Below, piece after piece: positions 1 to 8,546 of a stretch of 61,325 nucleotides of DNA; position 1 is the first letter of the stretch; the number at the start of each line of letters is the position of its first letter. The notes beneath the pieces are model-generated. The model saw only the letters and a program-made list of their open reading frames with translations. It was not told the DNA's origin and did no database searches. The stretch comes from Kiritimatiellia bacterium. GTDB taxonomy: Bacteria; Verrucomicrobiota; Kiritimatiellia; CAIQIC01; Lenti-01. Location: assembly GCA_017540905.1 (NCBI GenBank), contig JAFYAC010000011.1:1-61325 (forward strand). The letters are read 5' to 3'. A program made the translations under genes and the position numbers.

Positions 1-225
1 AGTTTGCAGGGAGGAGCTTCGCACTTCCAAAAACATCCCTCGCAAGCGTTTATCCAGCGTTTTCCGGGTGCGAAGTCTCCTCCAACAAACGCTCCATCCA
101 AAATCTCTCCGTGTCTCCGTGCCTCCGTTCCCTCCGTGTTTTGCGCCGCAGGCCCCTCCTTCAAGGGAAAATCCTTATCTAATCGGCATTCGGGACTGCC
201 CCCGCCCCCCCGCCCCCCCGCCGCA

Positions 226-1233
226 TCACCGCGGACGCATCGACGCGACCAGTTCCTCGGGCGTGCAGCTCGCCGTGCCGAGCTTGCCGACGACCACGCC
301 GGCCGCGATGTTCGCCAGCTGCACCGCTTCCGCGAAGGACGCCCCGGCCGCCAGCGCCGAGACGCACGCCGCGATTACCGTGTCGCCCGCGCCGCTGACG
401 TCGTAGACCTCCCGCGCCCGCGTCTGCACGTGCTGCGGGGCCTTGCCGCGCGACAGCAGCAGCACGCCCTGCGGTCCCAGCGTGATGGCCAGGTTCTTCG
501 CCGCCCACTTCTCCATCAGGATGTCCCCCGCGCGCAGCAGCACCTTGTCGCACAGCGGATTGTCCCGCACGCCCGGGTCGGGCAGCCCCGCGATGGCCAG
601 CGCCTCCTTGCGGTTCGGCGTCGCCACCGTGATGCCCTTCATGTCCAGGTCGTGCCCCTCCTTCGGGTCCAGCCCCACCGGCAGCCCGCGCGCGGCCGCC
701 TTCTCCATGATCAGGTCCACGACCGGCTGCGTCACCGCGCCCTTGCCGTAGTCCTCGATGATGACCCCGTCGGCCTTCTCCAGCTCCAGCGCCAGCATCA
801 CGAGGAACTTTTCCTGCTGCTTCTTCGTCCACTCGGCGGGCTTCTCGAAATCCACCCGCACCACCTGCTGCTGCTCGGCGATGATGCGCTCCTTGACGAT
901 GGTCCGCGCGCCCGCGAACATCAGCGCGCATTCCACGTCCACCTCCGCGTGCTGCAGCAGCCAGCGCAGTTCCACGCCCTCGCGGTCCTTGCCGAGCAGG
1001 CCGGCGATCGACGCCCCGGCGCCGAGCGTGCGGATGTTGCACGCCACGTTGCTGGCCCCGCCCGGCATCGACGTCTCGCGCGAAACGCGCACCACCGGCA
1101 CGGGCGCTTCCGGCGAAATCCTCGTCACGTGCCCGTACACGAACCGGTCCAGCATCAGGTCGCCGACCACCAGGATCCGGCACCGCCCGAACTGCCCCAG
1201 CAGCGCCAACACTCTCTTGCGGGTGATGTTCAT
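226..1233 (-). CDS. rfaE1: D-glycero-beta-D-manno-heptose-7-phosphate kinase (stand-alone RfaE/HldE domain I, PfkB family)
   Basis: Motifs VVGDLMLDRFVYG.V.RISPEAPVPV, PGGASNVACN, DYGKG, TPNRKEA and VYDVSGAGDTV; no adenylyltransferase domain. Confidence 0.92.
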   Translation of the reverse strand: MNITRKRVLALLGQFGRCRILVVGDLMLDRFVYGHVTRISPEAPVPVVRVSRETSMPGGASNVACNIRTLGAGASIAGLLGKDREGVELRWLLQHAEVDVECALMFAGARTIVKERIIAEQQQVVRVDFEKPAEWTKKQQEKFLVMLALELEKADGVIIEDYGKGAVTQPVVDLIMEKAAARGLPVGLDPKEGHDLDMKGITVATPNRKEALAIAGLPDPGVRDNPLCDKVLLRAGDILMEKWAAKNLAITLGPQGVLLLSRGKAPQHVQTRAREVYDVSGAGDTVIAACVSALAAGASFAEAVQLANIAAGVVVGKLGTASCTPEELVASMRPR

Positions 1234-1236
1234 GCG

Positions 1237-2412
1237 TCAAAACCCTTCCGCCGCCGCGTCCACGATCTTCTGCAGCCAGGCCGTGCCCGCCCGGCGCGCC
1301 TCCGCGCCCAGCCCGTGCACCCGGTCCAGGTACGCCTCCTCCGGCGCCGCCCCCCACGCCGCGAGGAACGCCTCCCGCTCCGCGCATTCCGCGTCCTCGA
1401 GCGACTCCAGCCGCCCGCGCAGCGCCGGCCAGGCGGACACCAGCTCCGCGTGCGCCGCCGCCAGCTCCGCGTCCAGCGCGCCGCGGTCTTCCTTCCCGAT
1501 GGCCTTGGCCACGGCATCCATCCGCTTGATGCGCTCCTTGCGTACGGCGGCGAGCTGCCGCAGCGCCCCTTCCAGGCACGCCGCGCCCCAGGGGGTGCGT
1601 TCCATCAGCGGCCTGCGCACCAGCCGGTACCACGCCTGGAGCGCCGCGATGTTCCCCACGTAGACCGCCCCGTGCTCCATGACCCGCCGCACCGACCGGT
1701 AACCGCGCGGATACGGGATTTCCCCGCCCGGCAGCGGCCGCGGCACCACCAGCATCCCGGGCTCGGCCACGTCGCGGCGCAGCACGTTGCCGGCGGCCAG
1801 CACCGTCCCGTACTCCACGCGCACCGGCCCCGCCATCCCGCCCTGCCCGCCCAGGAACACCGGCGGCTGGTCCAGCATCACCCCGCGCGGAACGTCCCCG
1901 ACCAGCGACGCCGTCGCCTTGTCGCCCCGCGGCGTGTAGTTGAAGTGGATGAAGGACGAGCCGATTTCGCTGTGGTTCTTCCGGTCCGTCCCGCCCGCCA
2001 TCAGGGCGTCGCAGAAGTTGATCAGGCTGCCGCCCACCACGAACGGGAGGAAAATCGTCTGTTTGAGCCCCACCGTGTGGGCCATTTCGGCCCCTTCCTC
2101 CAGCACCGTCCCCGAGCGCACGTGGGCCCCGCTGCCCATCGCCGCCCCGTCGAGGAACACCGCCCCCGCGAAATACCCGCCCTTGAGCCGCACCTTCTCC
2201 CCGAGCTGGCAGTCGTCCACCGTCGAAGGCGTCTCCTCGCCCAGCACGCACCCCGGCCCCATCGACGTCTCCGCGCCGTACACCTTGCAGCCCGCGTGGA
2301 TGACCACGCCCGGCGCGATCCGTTCCGGCCGCACCTCGTCCCCGACCTCCACCGCCTCCGGCGCCGGAATGGCCACCCCCCGCTCCAGCAACGCCTTGAC
2401 CGCCGCGTTCAT
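1237..2412 (-). CDS. GlmU-like left-handed beta-helix protein (UDP-GlcNAc pyrophosphorylase/acetyltransferase-like)
   Basis: Start re-called at ATG 2412 (MNAAVKALLERGV). Hexapeptide-like repeats and AHTVGLKQTI, GSLINFCD, HSEIGSSFIHFNYTP..DKATASL motifs; start overlaps the stop of the upstream small gene. Confidence 0.7.
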   Translation of the reverse strand: MNAAVKALLERGVAIPAPEAVEVGDEVRPERIAPGVVIHAGCKVYGAETSMGPGCVLGEETPSTVDDCQLGEKVRLKGGYFAGAVFLDGAAMGSGAHVRSGTVLEEGAEMAHTVGLKQTIFLPFVVGGSLINFCDALMAGGTDRKNHSEIGSSFIHFNYTPRGDKATASLVGDVPRGVMLDQPPVFLGGQGGMAGPVRVEYGTVLAAGNVLRRDVAEPGMLVVPRPLPGGEIPYPRGYRSVRRVMEHGAVYVGNIAALQAWYRLVRRPLMERTPWGAACLEGALRQLAAVRKERIKRMDAVAKAIGKEDRGALDAELAAAHAELVSAWPALRGRLESLEDAECAEREAFLAAWGAAPEEAYLDRVHGLGAEARRAGTAWLQKIVDAAAEGF

Positions 2413-2591
2413 GGACGCACCATCGCCCCGGCGACCACCCCGACCGCCCCCGCGGCGAGCAGCGCGTACACCGTCTTCATCGACCATTTCAGCCCGAAGA
2501 CGTCGAACCCGACGCTCCCGGTCTTCGTCCCCACCGCCACGATGACCAGCGCCGCCAGCAGCGCCAGCCCGATCCAAATCCGTTTCTGCAT
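2409..2591 (-). CDS. Small two-TM membrane protein, LapA/DUF1049-like
   Basis: ATG 2591 preceded by GGAGG; 60 aa with two hydrophobic helices; stop overlaps the next start; LPS gene context. Confidence 0.55.
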   Translation of the reverse strand: MQKRIWIGLALLAALVIVAVGTKTGSVGFDVFGLKWSMKTVYALLAAGAVGVVAGAMVRP

Positions 2592-2920
2592 GCAAACCTC
2601 CAATGCCGGTAACCTTTCTGTCGCCCCCCATCCAACCACATCCCCCGCCCCGCTGGAAACCTTTTTTTGCCCTTTCCCCCCTTTCCGCCCCGGAGCGTGG
2701 GATGACCTCACCGGCAACCCCGCCCCCGCCGCCGACGGCTACCGCTTCTTCGGCGCCGCCGTCTCCCTGCCGGAATAGGAGGGAGGATGCGGCGGTCGGG
2801 GTGACGCCGCTTTCCGTTCCTTCCGCGGGGGAGCAGGGTTCCGGCGTCCCGCACTCGGGGATTGCGGGCGGGGGCGGAAAGGGGGTAAAAAGGGTCTGTT
2901 TCGGTGAAAGGCGCAAGACG

Positions 2921-5900
2921 ATGACGACCATGAGGACAAGCGTGCGGACAGGCTGGCGGTTGCTGCTTGCGGCGGTGGCCGCGTGGGGAATGGCATGGAC
3001 GGCGGCGGCCGGCGGCGCCGCGGAGGCGAGCGCGGGCGCGGGCGTGCTCGGCGCGGCGGGCCGGAAGGATGGCGACGCCCTCTCCCCCTGCGTCTCGCCG
3101 GAGGCCGCGCGCCTCGCCGCCCTCCGCCAGGGCAAGCTGCTTTTCCTGCAGATGGGGGCGGAATGGTGCGGGCCCTGCCTGGGCCTCAGGGAGTACCTCA
3201 AGTCGCTCGGCACGGCCTTCTCCGGCGACTACGTTTTCTGCTACTTGGACACCGACAAGGACGCCTGCGGCTTCGACGACGGCACCTTCTCCGGCATCCC
3301 CGCGTGGGCCGTCATCGACCCGCGCCGCTTCAATCCCGCCGAACGCTGGGCCTCCGGCGGCATCCTCCACGAGCAGGCGGGCTACAGTGTCTCCTCCGTG
3401 TCCACCTGGCTCGATCACGGGCGCGCGCAGTGGAAAACGCTCGGCGCCGCCCCCGCGGCCCTCGTGGCGTCGGCTCCCGCGACCCTCGCGCTTCCCAAAG
3501 CCCTCTCCGCTTTCCTCCGTTTTCCCGACGGCACCGAATGCGACGTAAGCGGCGCCGTCTCCTGGAGCCTCGCCTCCGGCACCGCCGCCACCCTCTCCGG
3601 CAACACGCTCATCCCCGCCGGCTCCTCCGGCGAAGTGGCGGTCCGTTGCGAAGGGACCTTCTGGAACCGCGCCTTCGACGCCGGGGCGACCGTCCGCGTC
3701 ATCGGCGGCGCCACCCTCGCGGGAATCGAAATCCAGGGCCCCGCCGTCTTCGATCTCTACGACGAAAGCGCCGTCCAGTACACCGCCGTCGCGGTCCTGT
3801 CCGACGGCTCCCGCGCCGAGGTGGACGCCGAATGGTCCGCCGACACCCCCGGCAAGGCCAATTACCTGCAATGCTCCGAGGACGGGCGGCTCTCCTTCTC
3901 CCGCAACACCTACACCGTCCAGCACAGCGTGACCGTCACCGTCCACGCCGCCAGCGCCGGGATCGCCGCCTCCCGCGACATCCTGGTGCACGGCCCCGGC
4001 TACGTCCGGCCCGTCGGCACCGTGTTCTCCCAGAACGCCCTCTGGCCCGGGGCTGAAGTGGAACTCGTCCCTCAAAAGGTCCAGTGGTGGCGCCACGGCG
4101 TTCTCGAGCCTCCCACCGACGACTTCACGGACGTCGAGTTCCGTTGGGAGATGTATTGCCCCGGCAGCGGCTCCCGGTCCGGCGACGGCCCGACCGTCAC
4201 AGTCCCTGCCGATGCCGAGTCCACAAACAGCTATGCGTACGTCTACCTGAACAGCCGCCCCGCCCGCGAACGCTATTACAACACGCAGTACGACTACATG
4301 TACATGGACTTCCAATCCTCCCCGGCCCCGCTCCTCGCCGTGGACTTCGATGCCGGCGGCGGGACCGTGTCCGTTCCACGCATCCTCCGCGCGACCGGAA
4401 CCTCTTTGGGCGCCCTTCCCGAGGCCACCCGGCCCGGGCATCTGTTCGATGGCTGGTTCCGCCGTCCCGACGGCGCAAAGGTCACCGCCTCCACCACCGT
4501 CTCCAACGCATTCGCCTGCACCGCGAAGTGGCTGCAGGTCGTCTCCGTGGACCTCCTCGGCCCCTCCGCCGCGGCCGAACCGTCGAAGTTCGCCCTGTCC
4601 GTCGCCTTGGATGACGGCACCGCCCGCACCGTCACCAACGGCGTCGCGTGGGCGCTCGTGTCCGGCGATGCCGCGTCCATCGCGGCGGACGGCACCCTCA
4701 CGCCCCTCCCCGGCAAGACCGGCGACGTGCAAATCTGCGCCACCGCCGTTGTCGCCGGCGGGGAATACCGCCTCTGCAAGACCGTGCGCATCCTCTCCCC
4801 CTCCGACGTGCGCTCGCTCCGGGTCGAAGGACCGGACCTCATCGACCTCTACGACGTCCCCGGTGGCCTCTACCGAGCCTATGTCACGACGGCTTCCGGC
4901 GAATACGAGGTCGCGCCCGCCTGGACCGCCGAGGGCATTGGCGCCAGCTACATGCAGATTTCCCCGCTCGGCGAACTCTCCTTCTCCTACAACACCTACA
5001 CCGTCTACCAGTGCGCGACCGCGCTCGTCACCGCCGCCTGCTGCGGCCTGACCAACACCGTCTCCACCCTCCTCTACGGCCCCGGATACGTCACGCCCGT
5101 TTCGTTCACGCTGTCCCAGAACGCCCTCTGGCCCGGCGCCGAAATGGAACTCGTCCCGCAGAAGGTCCAGTGGTGGCGCCACGGCGTCCTCGAGCCCCCC
5201 ACCGACGACTTCACGGACGTCGAGTTCAGCAGCTGGGAAGTGTATTGTCCCGGCTATGGATGGCATGCCGGCAATGGCACGACCATCACGGTCCCCGCCG
5301 ACGCCGTTTTCACCAACGGAACCACTTCCGTCTACCTCTATACCCAGCCGGCGCGCGAACGCTACTACCGCTATTCCTCCGGCTCCCAATCGCTCCACTT
5401 CCTCGACGCCGCGCCCGCACGGTGGGTGACGGTCTCCTTCGACGCCAATGGCGGCGAAACCGCCTGCACCTCCGTCCGCTACCTCCCGGGCCAGCCTTAC
5501 CGGTTCCTGCCGGCGCTCTCGCGGAAAGGCTACTCCGGCTCCTGGTACACCGAGGCAAGCGGCGGCAGCCCCGTGACGGCCTCCTCCAACGCCCCCGCCG
5601 CCAACGCCACGCTCCACGCCCGCTGGACCGCGAACTACTACTGGATCACCTTCGACGCCAACGGAGGCGAAGGCTCCATGTCCGACCAGCGCTTCTACTA
5701 CGACACGCCGGCCACCCTGCGCAAAAACACCTTCACGATGGAAGGCGACTCCTTCGCGGGGTGGGCCCTCAGCCCCGACGGCGAAGCCGTCTTCGCCGAC
5801 GGCGCCCAAATCCTCAACCTGCGCGACGATTACGACGAAATCACCCTCTACGCCGTGTGGCCCAAGACCACCTACGTGGACATTGCGTTCGATCCCAACG

Positions 5901-6973
5901 GCGGCGCCGTCGGGGAAAAGAGGCGCCGCACCGCGCTCGGCCGTCCCATCCGGACGCTTCCGCTGCCGGTGCGCCCGGGGCATGCCTTTGCGGGATGGTA
6001 CACCGCCCCCGAAGGCGGCGCGCACGTCCGGCGGGGCATGGCCGTGCCCGGCCCCGCAACGCTTTGGGCGCACTGGGCCGAAGGGGAGGTGCCCTCGTTC
6101 ACGGACCTCTCCACCACGAACGCCGCCGCCGCCATCGAGGCCGCCGTGGCGGCGGACAAGCTGTTGTTCGTGCTCCACGGGGCCGACTGGTGCGGTTATT
6201 GCGCCATCGTCAAGCGGTGGCTCGCCGCCCGTTGGGCGGAAGTCGGACAGGACTTCGTCGTGTACTACTGCAACGGCGACTACGACGACACGATCTACGG
6301 CTCCTATCCCCAGTACGGCGTCTTCGATCCCTCCGCCTTCGCCGGCAATTGGCAGAGCGGCTGCCACGCCTACGTAACCGGCGGGTCCGACAGCCTGGTC
6401 GAAAACCTCGTCACGGACGCCCTGCGCGCGGCCGGCCGCCTCGGGGAGTGGGGTTCCGTCCTCGCCCCCGTCTCCGACGGGGCCACCGCCGCCGAAGTCG
6501 AGGCCGCCATCGTCGCCGCCGGCTTCGCCGACCCCGGCGTCGCCCGCGCCGTCGGAGGCCGCGCGGCGACCTTCAACGCCCTCGTGGATTGGGCCTCCTC
6601 CGTCAAGGACGCCTCCGGTGCAGCCCCCGCCGGTGCCTCCGCCGTCATTGCCGATTCCCATGCCGCCGCCGCGTTCCTGCTGGGTGCGGAACGGCTGTTC
6701 GCGGACGCCCCGTCCATCGCCTTCGAGTCGCTGGCCGTCCCCCGCGGCGGCGCGCTGGCGGTCATCCTGGCCGTTCGCGACTCCGCCGGCGTGGTCCCCG
6801 TCTCCGCCGGGAAGGTCGGAAGCCTCCTCGAATCGGCGGACTCCCCCGCGGCCTGGACGGACGCCCCCTCCGTGGAAAGCTCCTCCACCGACGCCGAAGG
6901 CCGCCTCCACTTGTCCCTCGCCCCCGCCAACCCCGCGTCCGCGACCCGCGGCTTCCTCCGCCTCCGCAAGTAG
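2921..6973 (+). CDS. Large secreted surface protein: two thioredoxin-like CxxC domains, duplicated Ig-like module, four InlB-B (Listeria-Bacteroides) repeats
   Basis: Signal peptide after MTTMRT; GAEWCGPC near the N-terminus and GADWCGYC near the C-terminus; four FD.NGG...GW...W repeats; ends RGFLRLRK. Confidence 0.75.
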   Translation: MTTMRTSVRTGWRLLLAAVAAWGMAWTAAAGGAAEASAGAGVLGAAGRKDGDALSPCVSPEAARLAALRQGKLLFLQMGAEWCGPCLGLREYLKSLGTAFSGDYVFCYLDTDKDACGFDDGTFSGIPAWAVIDPRRFNPAERWASGGILHEQAGYSVSSVSTWLDHGRAQWKTLGAAPAALVASAPATLALPKALSAFLRFPDGTECDVSGAVSWSLASGTAATLSGNTLIPAGSSGEVAVRCEGTFWNRAFDAGATVRVIGGATLAGIEIQGPAVFDLYDESAVQYTAVAVLSDGSRAEVDAEWSADTPGKANYLQCSEDGRLSFSRNTYTVQHSVTVTVHAASAGIAASRDILVHGPGYVRPVGTVFSQNALWPGAEVELVPQKVQWWRHGVLEPPTDDFTDVEFRWEMYCPGSGSRSGDGPTVTVPADAESTNSYAYVYLNSRPARERYYNTQYDYMYMDFQSSPAPLLAVDFDAGGGTVSVPRILRATGTSLGALPEATRPGHLFDGWFRRPDGAKVTASTTVSNAFACTAKWLQVVSVDLLGPSAAAEPSKFALSVALDDGTARTVTNGVAWALVSGDAASIAADGTLTPLPGKTGDVQICATAVVAGGEYRLCKTVRILSPSDVRSLRVEGPDLIDLYDVPGGLYRAYVTTASGEYEVAPAWTAEGIGASYMQISPLGELSFSYNTYTVYQCATALVTAACCGLTNTVSTLLYGPGYVTPVSFTLSQNALWPGAEMELVPQKVQWWRHGVLEPPTDDFTDVEFSSWEVYCPGYGWHAGNGTTITVPADAVFTNGTTSVYLYTQPARERYYRYSSGSQSLHFLDAAPARWVTVSFDANGGETACTSVRYLPGQPYRFLPALSRKGYSGSWYTEASGGSPVTASSNAPAANATLHARWTANYYWITFDANGGEGSMSDQRFYYDTPATLRKNTFTMEGDSFAGWALSPDGEAVFADGAQILNLRDDYDEITLYAVWPKTTYVDIAFDPNGGAVGEKRRRTALGRPIRTLPLPVRPGHAFAGWYTAPEGGAHVRRGMAVPGPATLWAHWAEGEVPSFTDLSTTNAAAAIEAAVAADKLLFVLHGADWCGYCAIVKRWLAARWAEVGQDFVVYYCNGDYDDTIYGSYPQYGVFDPSAFAGNWQSGCHAYVTGGSDSLVENLVTDALRAAGRLGEWGSVLAPVSDGATAAEVEAAIVAAGFADPGVARAVGGRAATFNALVDWASSVKDASGAAPAGASAVIADSHAAAAFLLGAERLFADAPSIAFESLAVPRGGALAVILAVRDSAGVVPVSAGKVGSLLESADSPAAWTDAPSVESSSTDAEGRLHLSLAPANPASATRGFLRLRK
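4028..5253 (+). repeat. Intragenic duplication (offset 1086 bp = 362 aa)
   Basis: Near-identical DNA from 4028 and from 5114, encoding SQNALWPGAE(V/M)ELVPQKVQWWRHGVLEPPTDDFTDVEF. Confidence 0.9.
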
Positions 6974-7326
6974 GGCGGAGCCGCCCCTGCGGCCAGGCCG
7001 CGCCGTTCATCGCCGGGCCATCCCCCCCCGGGAGAATGTTGCCGTTCGCCTTTCTTACCCCCCCTGCACCGTCCTTCCGCCCCCCATAATCTTCATGGGA
7101 TGAAGAACGCTTGGAAACATCGGAAAACAATGTGTTTTTTTGTAATCTCAAAGATGACGTTCCATTCCCTGAATTTTCCACTCATCCCGACGGCCAAGAT
7201 GTCCCACGTGGGAGGACCGTGCTTTGTCGAGGCCGCCGTGGGACTTGATGAAGGAAGGGAACGGGGGCAGAATCCGACGGCAATTCGACAACGAAAGGGC
7301 CGCAAGGGCCCGGAAGGGATACTGCG

Positions 7327-8334
7327 ATGAAACGTGCGAAAATGTGGATGCTGGTTGTGGGGGCGGTGGCGCTGTGCGGGGCGGTGGCGGCGCGGGGGGC
7401 GGGTGTGCCGGGCGGCTGGACGGAGTTCAGGGACCCGAAGGGGAATTTCACGATGAAGGTGCCCGAGGGCTGGACGGTCTCGTCGGGAGGATTCGACCTG
7501 GGCCTCTGGATCCATGCCTGGGATGCGAAGCGGCCGGAGCTGGGCGTCTTCTCGCTGCTCAAGACGGAATGCCTGCTGATGAACCGCGAGTCCAAGGAAT
7601 TCTACGAGCCCAAGCGGGCGTTCGGGCTGTACGCGATGTTCGCGGACATGATCGTGGCGGAGAAGGTGGAGGATTTCTATGCGCAGTTCATGGAGTTCTG
7701 CGCCTTCGCCGCGAAGTGGGAGCAGACGTACCGGGGGTTCGCGTTCCCGCAGGTCGCGGGATTCGAGCTGGTGGAGAAGCGGCAGGCCCGCACGGCGATG
7801 TCCGGGGTGGCGCTGGACGACGCGGTGCTCCGGGGAACGTTCACCGACCCGCTGACGAAGCGCCGCGGGGAGGGGTTGTTCACGGGCACGCTGTGCCGGG
7901 GCGTCGTGTTCGGGAACGTGGGCTGCAACATGATGTACAACATCTCGGGGGTGACGGCGCCGGAAGGGGAGTTTGGGGCATATGCGCCCACGCTGGCGAA
8001 GGTCCTGGGTTCGGTGTCCTATACGGAAGCGTTCGCGGCGACGGCGATGCGGGATTTGCAAATCCAGGCGCAGGGAGCCGCGCAGCTGAACCGCACGCTG
8101 CAGGAGACATCGGATTTGGTGGTGCGGGGCTGGGAGGAGCGCCAAAAGGGCTTCGACGCGCGGGTGGGGAAGCGGGCGGATGCGACGCTGGGCTACGAGC
8201 GCGTGGTGGACGAACGCGGGGATGTCTACCGGGCGTACAACGGCTTCATGGACGATCCCGATCGCTCGAAGGGCTTCACCCCGGCCCCGGACGACGCCTA
8301 TTCGCGCCCCTTGTCGGGCACAATCGAGCGGTAA
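7327..8334 (+). CDS. Hypothetical secreted protein
   Basis: 335 aa, Sec-type signal peptide (MKRAKMWMLVVGAVALCGAVAA), normal codon usage; family not recognised. Confidence 0.75.
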   Translation: MKRAKMWMLVVGAVALCGAVAARGAGVPGGWTEFRDPKGNFTMKVPEGWTVSSGGFDLGLWIHAWDAKRPELGVFSLLKTECLLMNRESKEFYEPKRAFGLYAMFADMIVAEKVEDFYAQFMEFCAFAAKWEQTYRGFAFPQVAGFELVEKRQARTAMSGVALDDAVLRGTFTDPLTKRRGEGLFTGTLCRGVVFGNVGCNMMYNISGVTAPEGEFGAYAPTLAKVLGSVSYTEAFAATAMRDLQIQAQGAAQLNRTLQETSDLVVRGWEERQKGFDARVGKRADATLGYERVVDERGDVYRAYNGFMDDPDRSKGFTPAPDDAYSRPLSGTIER

Positions 8335-8546
8335 CCGGAGTCTGACCAAGGGGGAGGCCAATGCGTGCGCGCCATGCGTGAGAGTATGGGCAACATTGGT
8401 TTCTTTCCGGGTGTTTCCCATCCTGTCCATCTGGATTTCCCCTCGGAAACCCGGTGGACAAGTCTCCCGTGGCCGTGTAACTTCCGTGGGGTGCAGCGTG
8501 TAGGCAGAATGTCTACCATCTGCAGAAAAAAAAGCGAGACAAGCCC

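Noticed and set aside
4-2778. Long antisense or alternative-frame ORFs here and throughout (e.g. 2708-6910, 20329-23316, 54705-57707)
   Set aside because: Arg/Gly/Pro-rich shadows of genuine genes, expected at this GC content.
4028-5253. Diversity-generating retroelement TR/VR pair
   Set aside because: Both copies are in frame in one gene, differences are not adenine-specific, and no reverse transcriptase is present.
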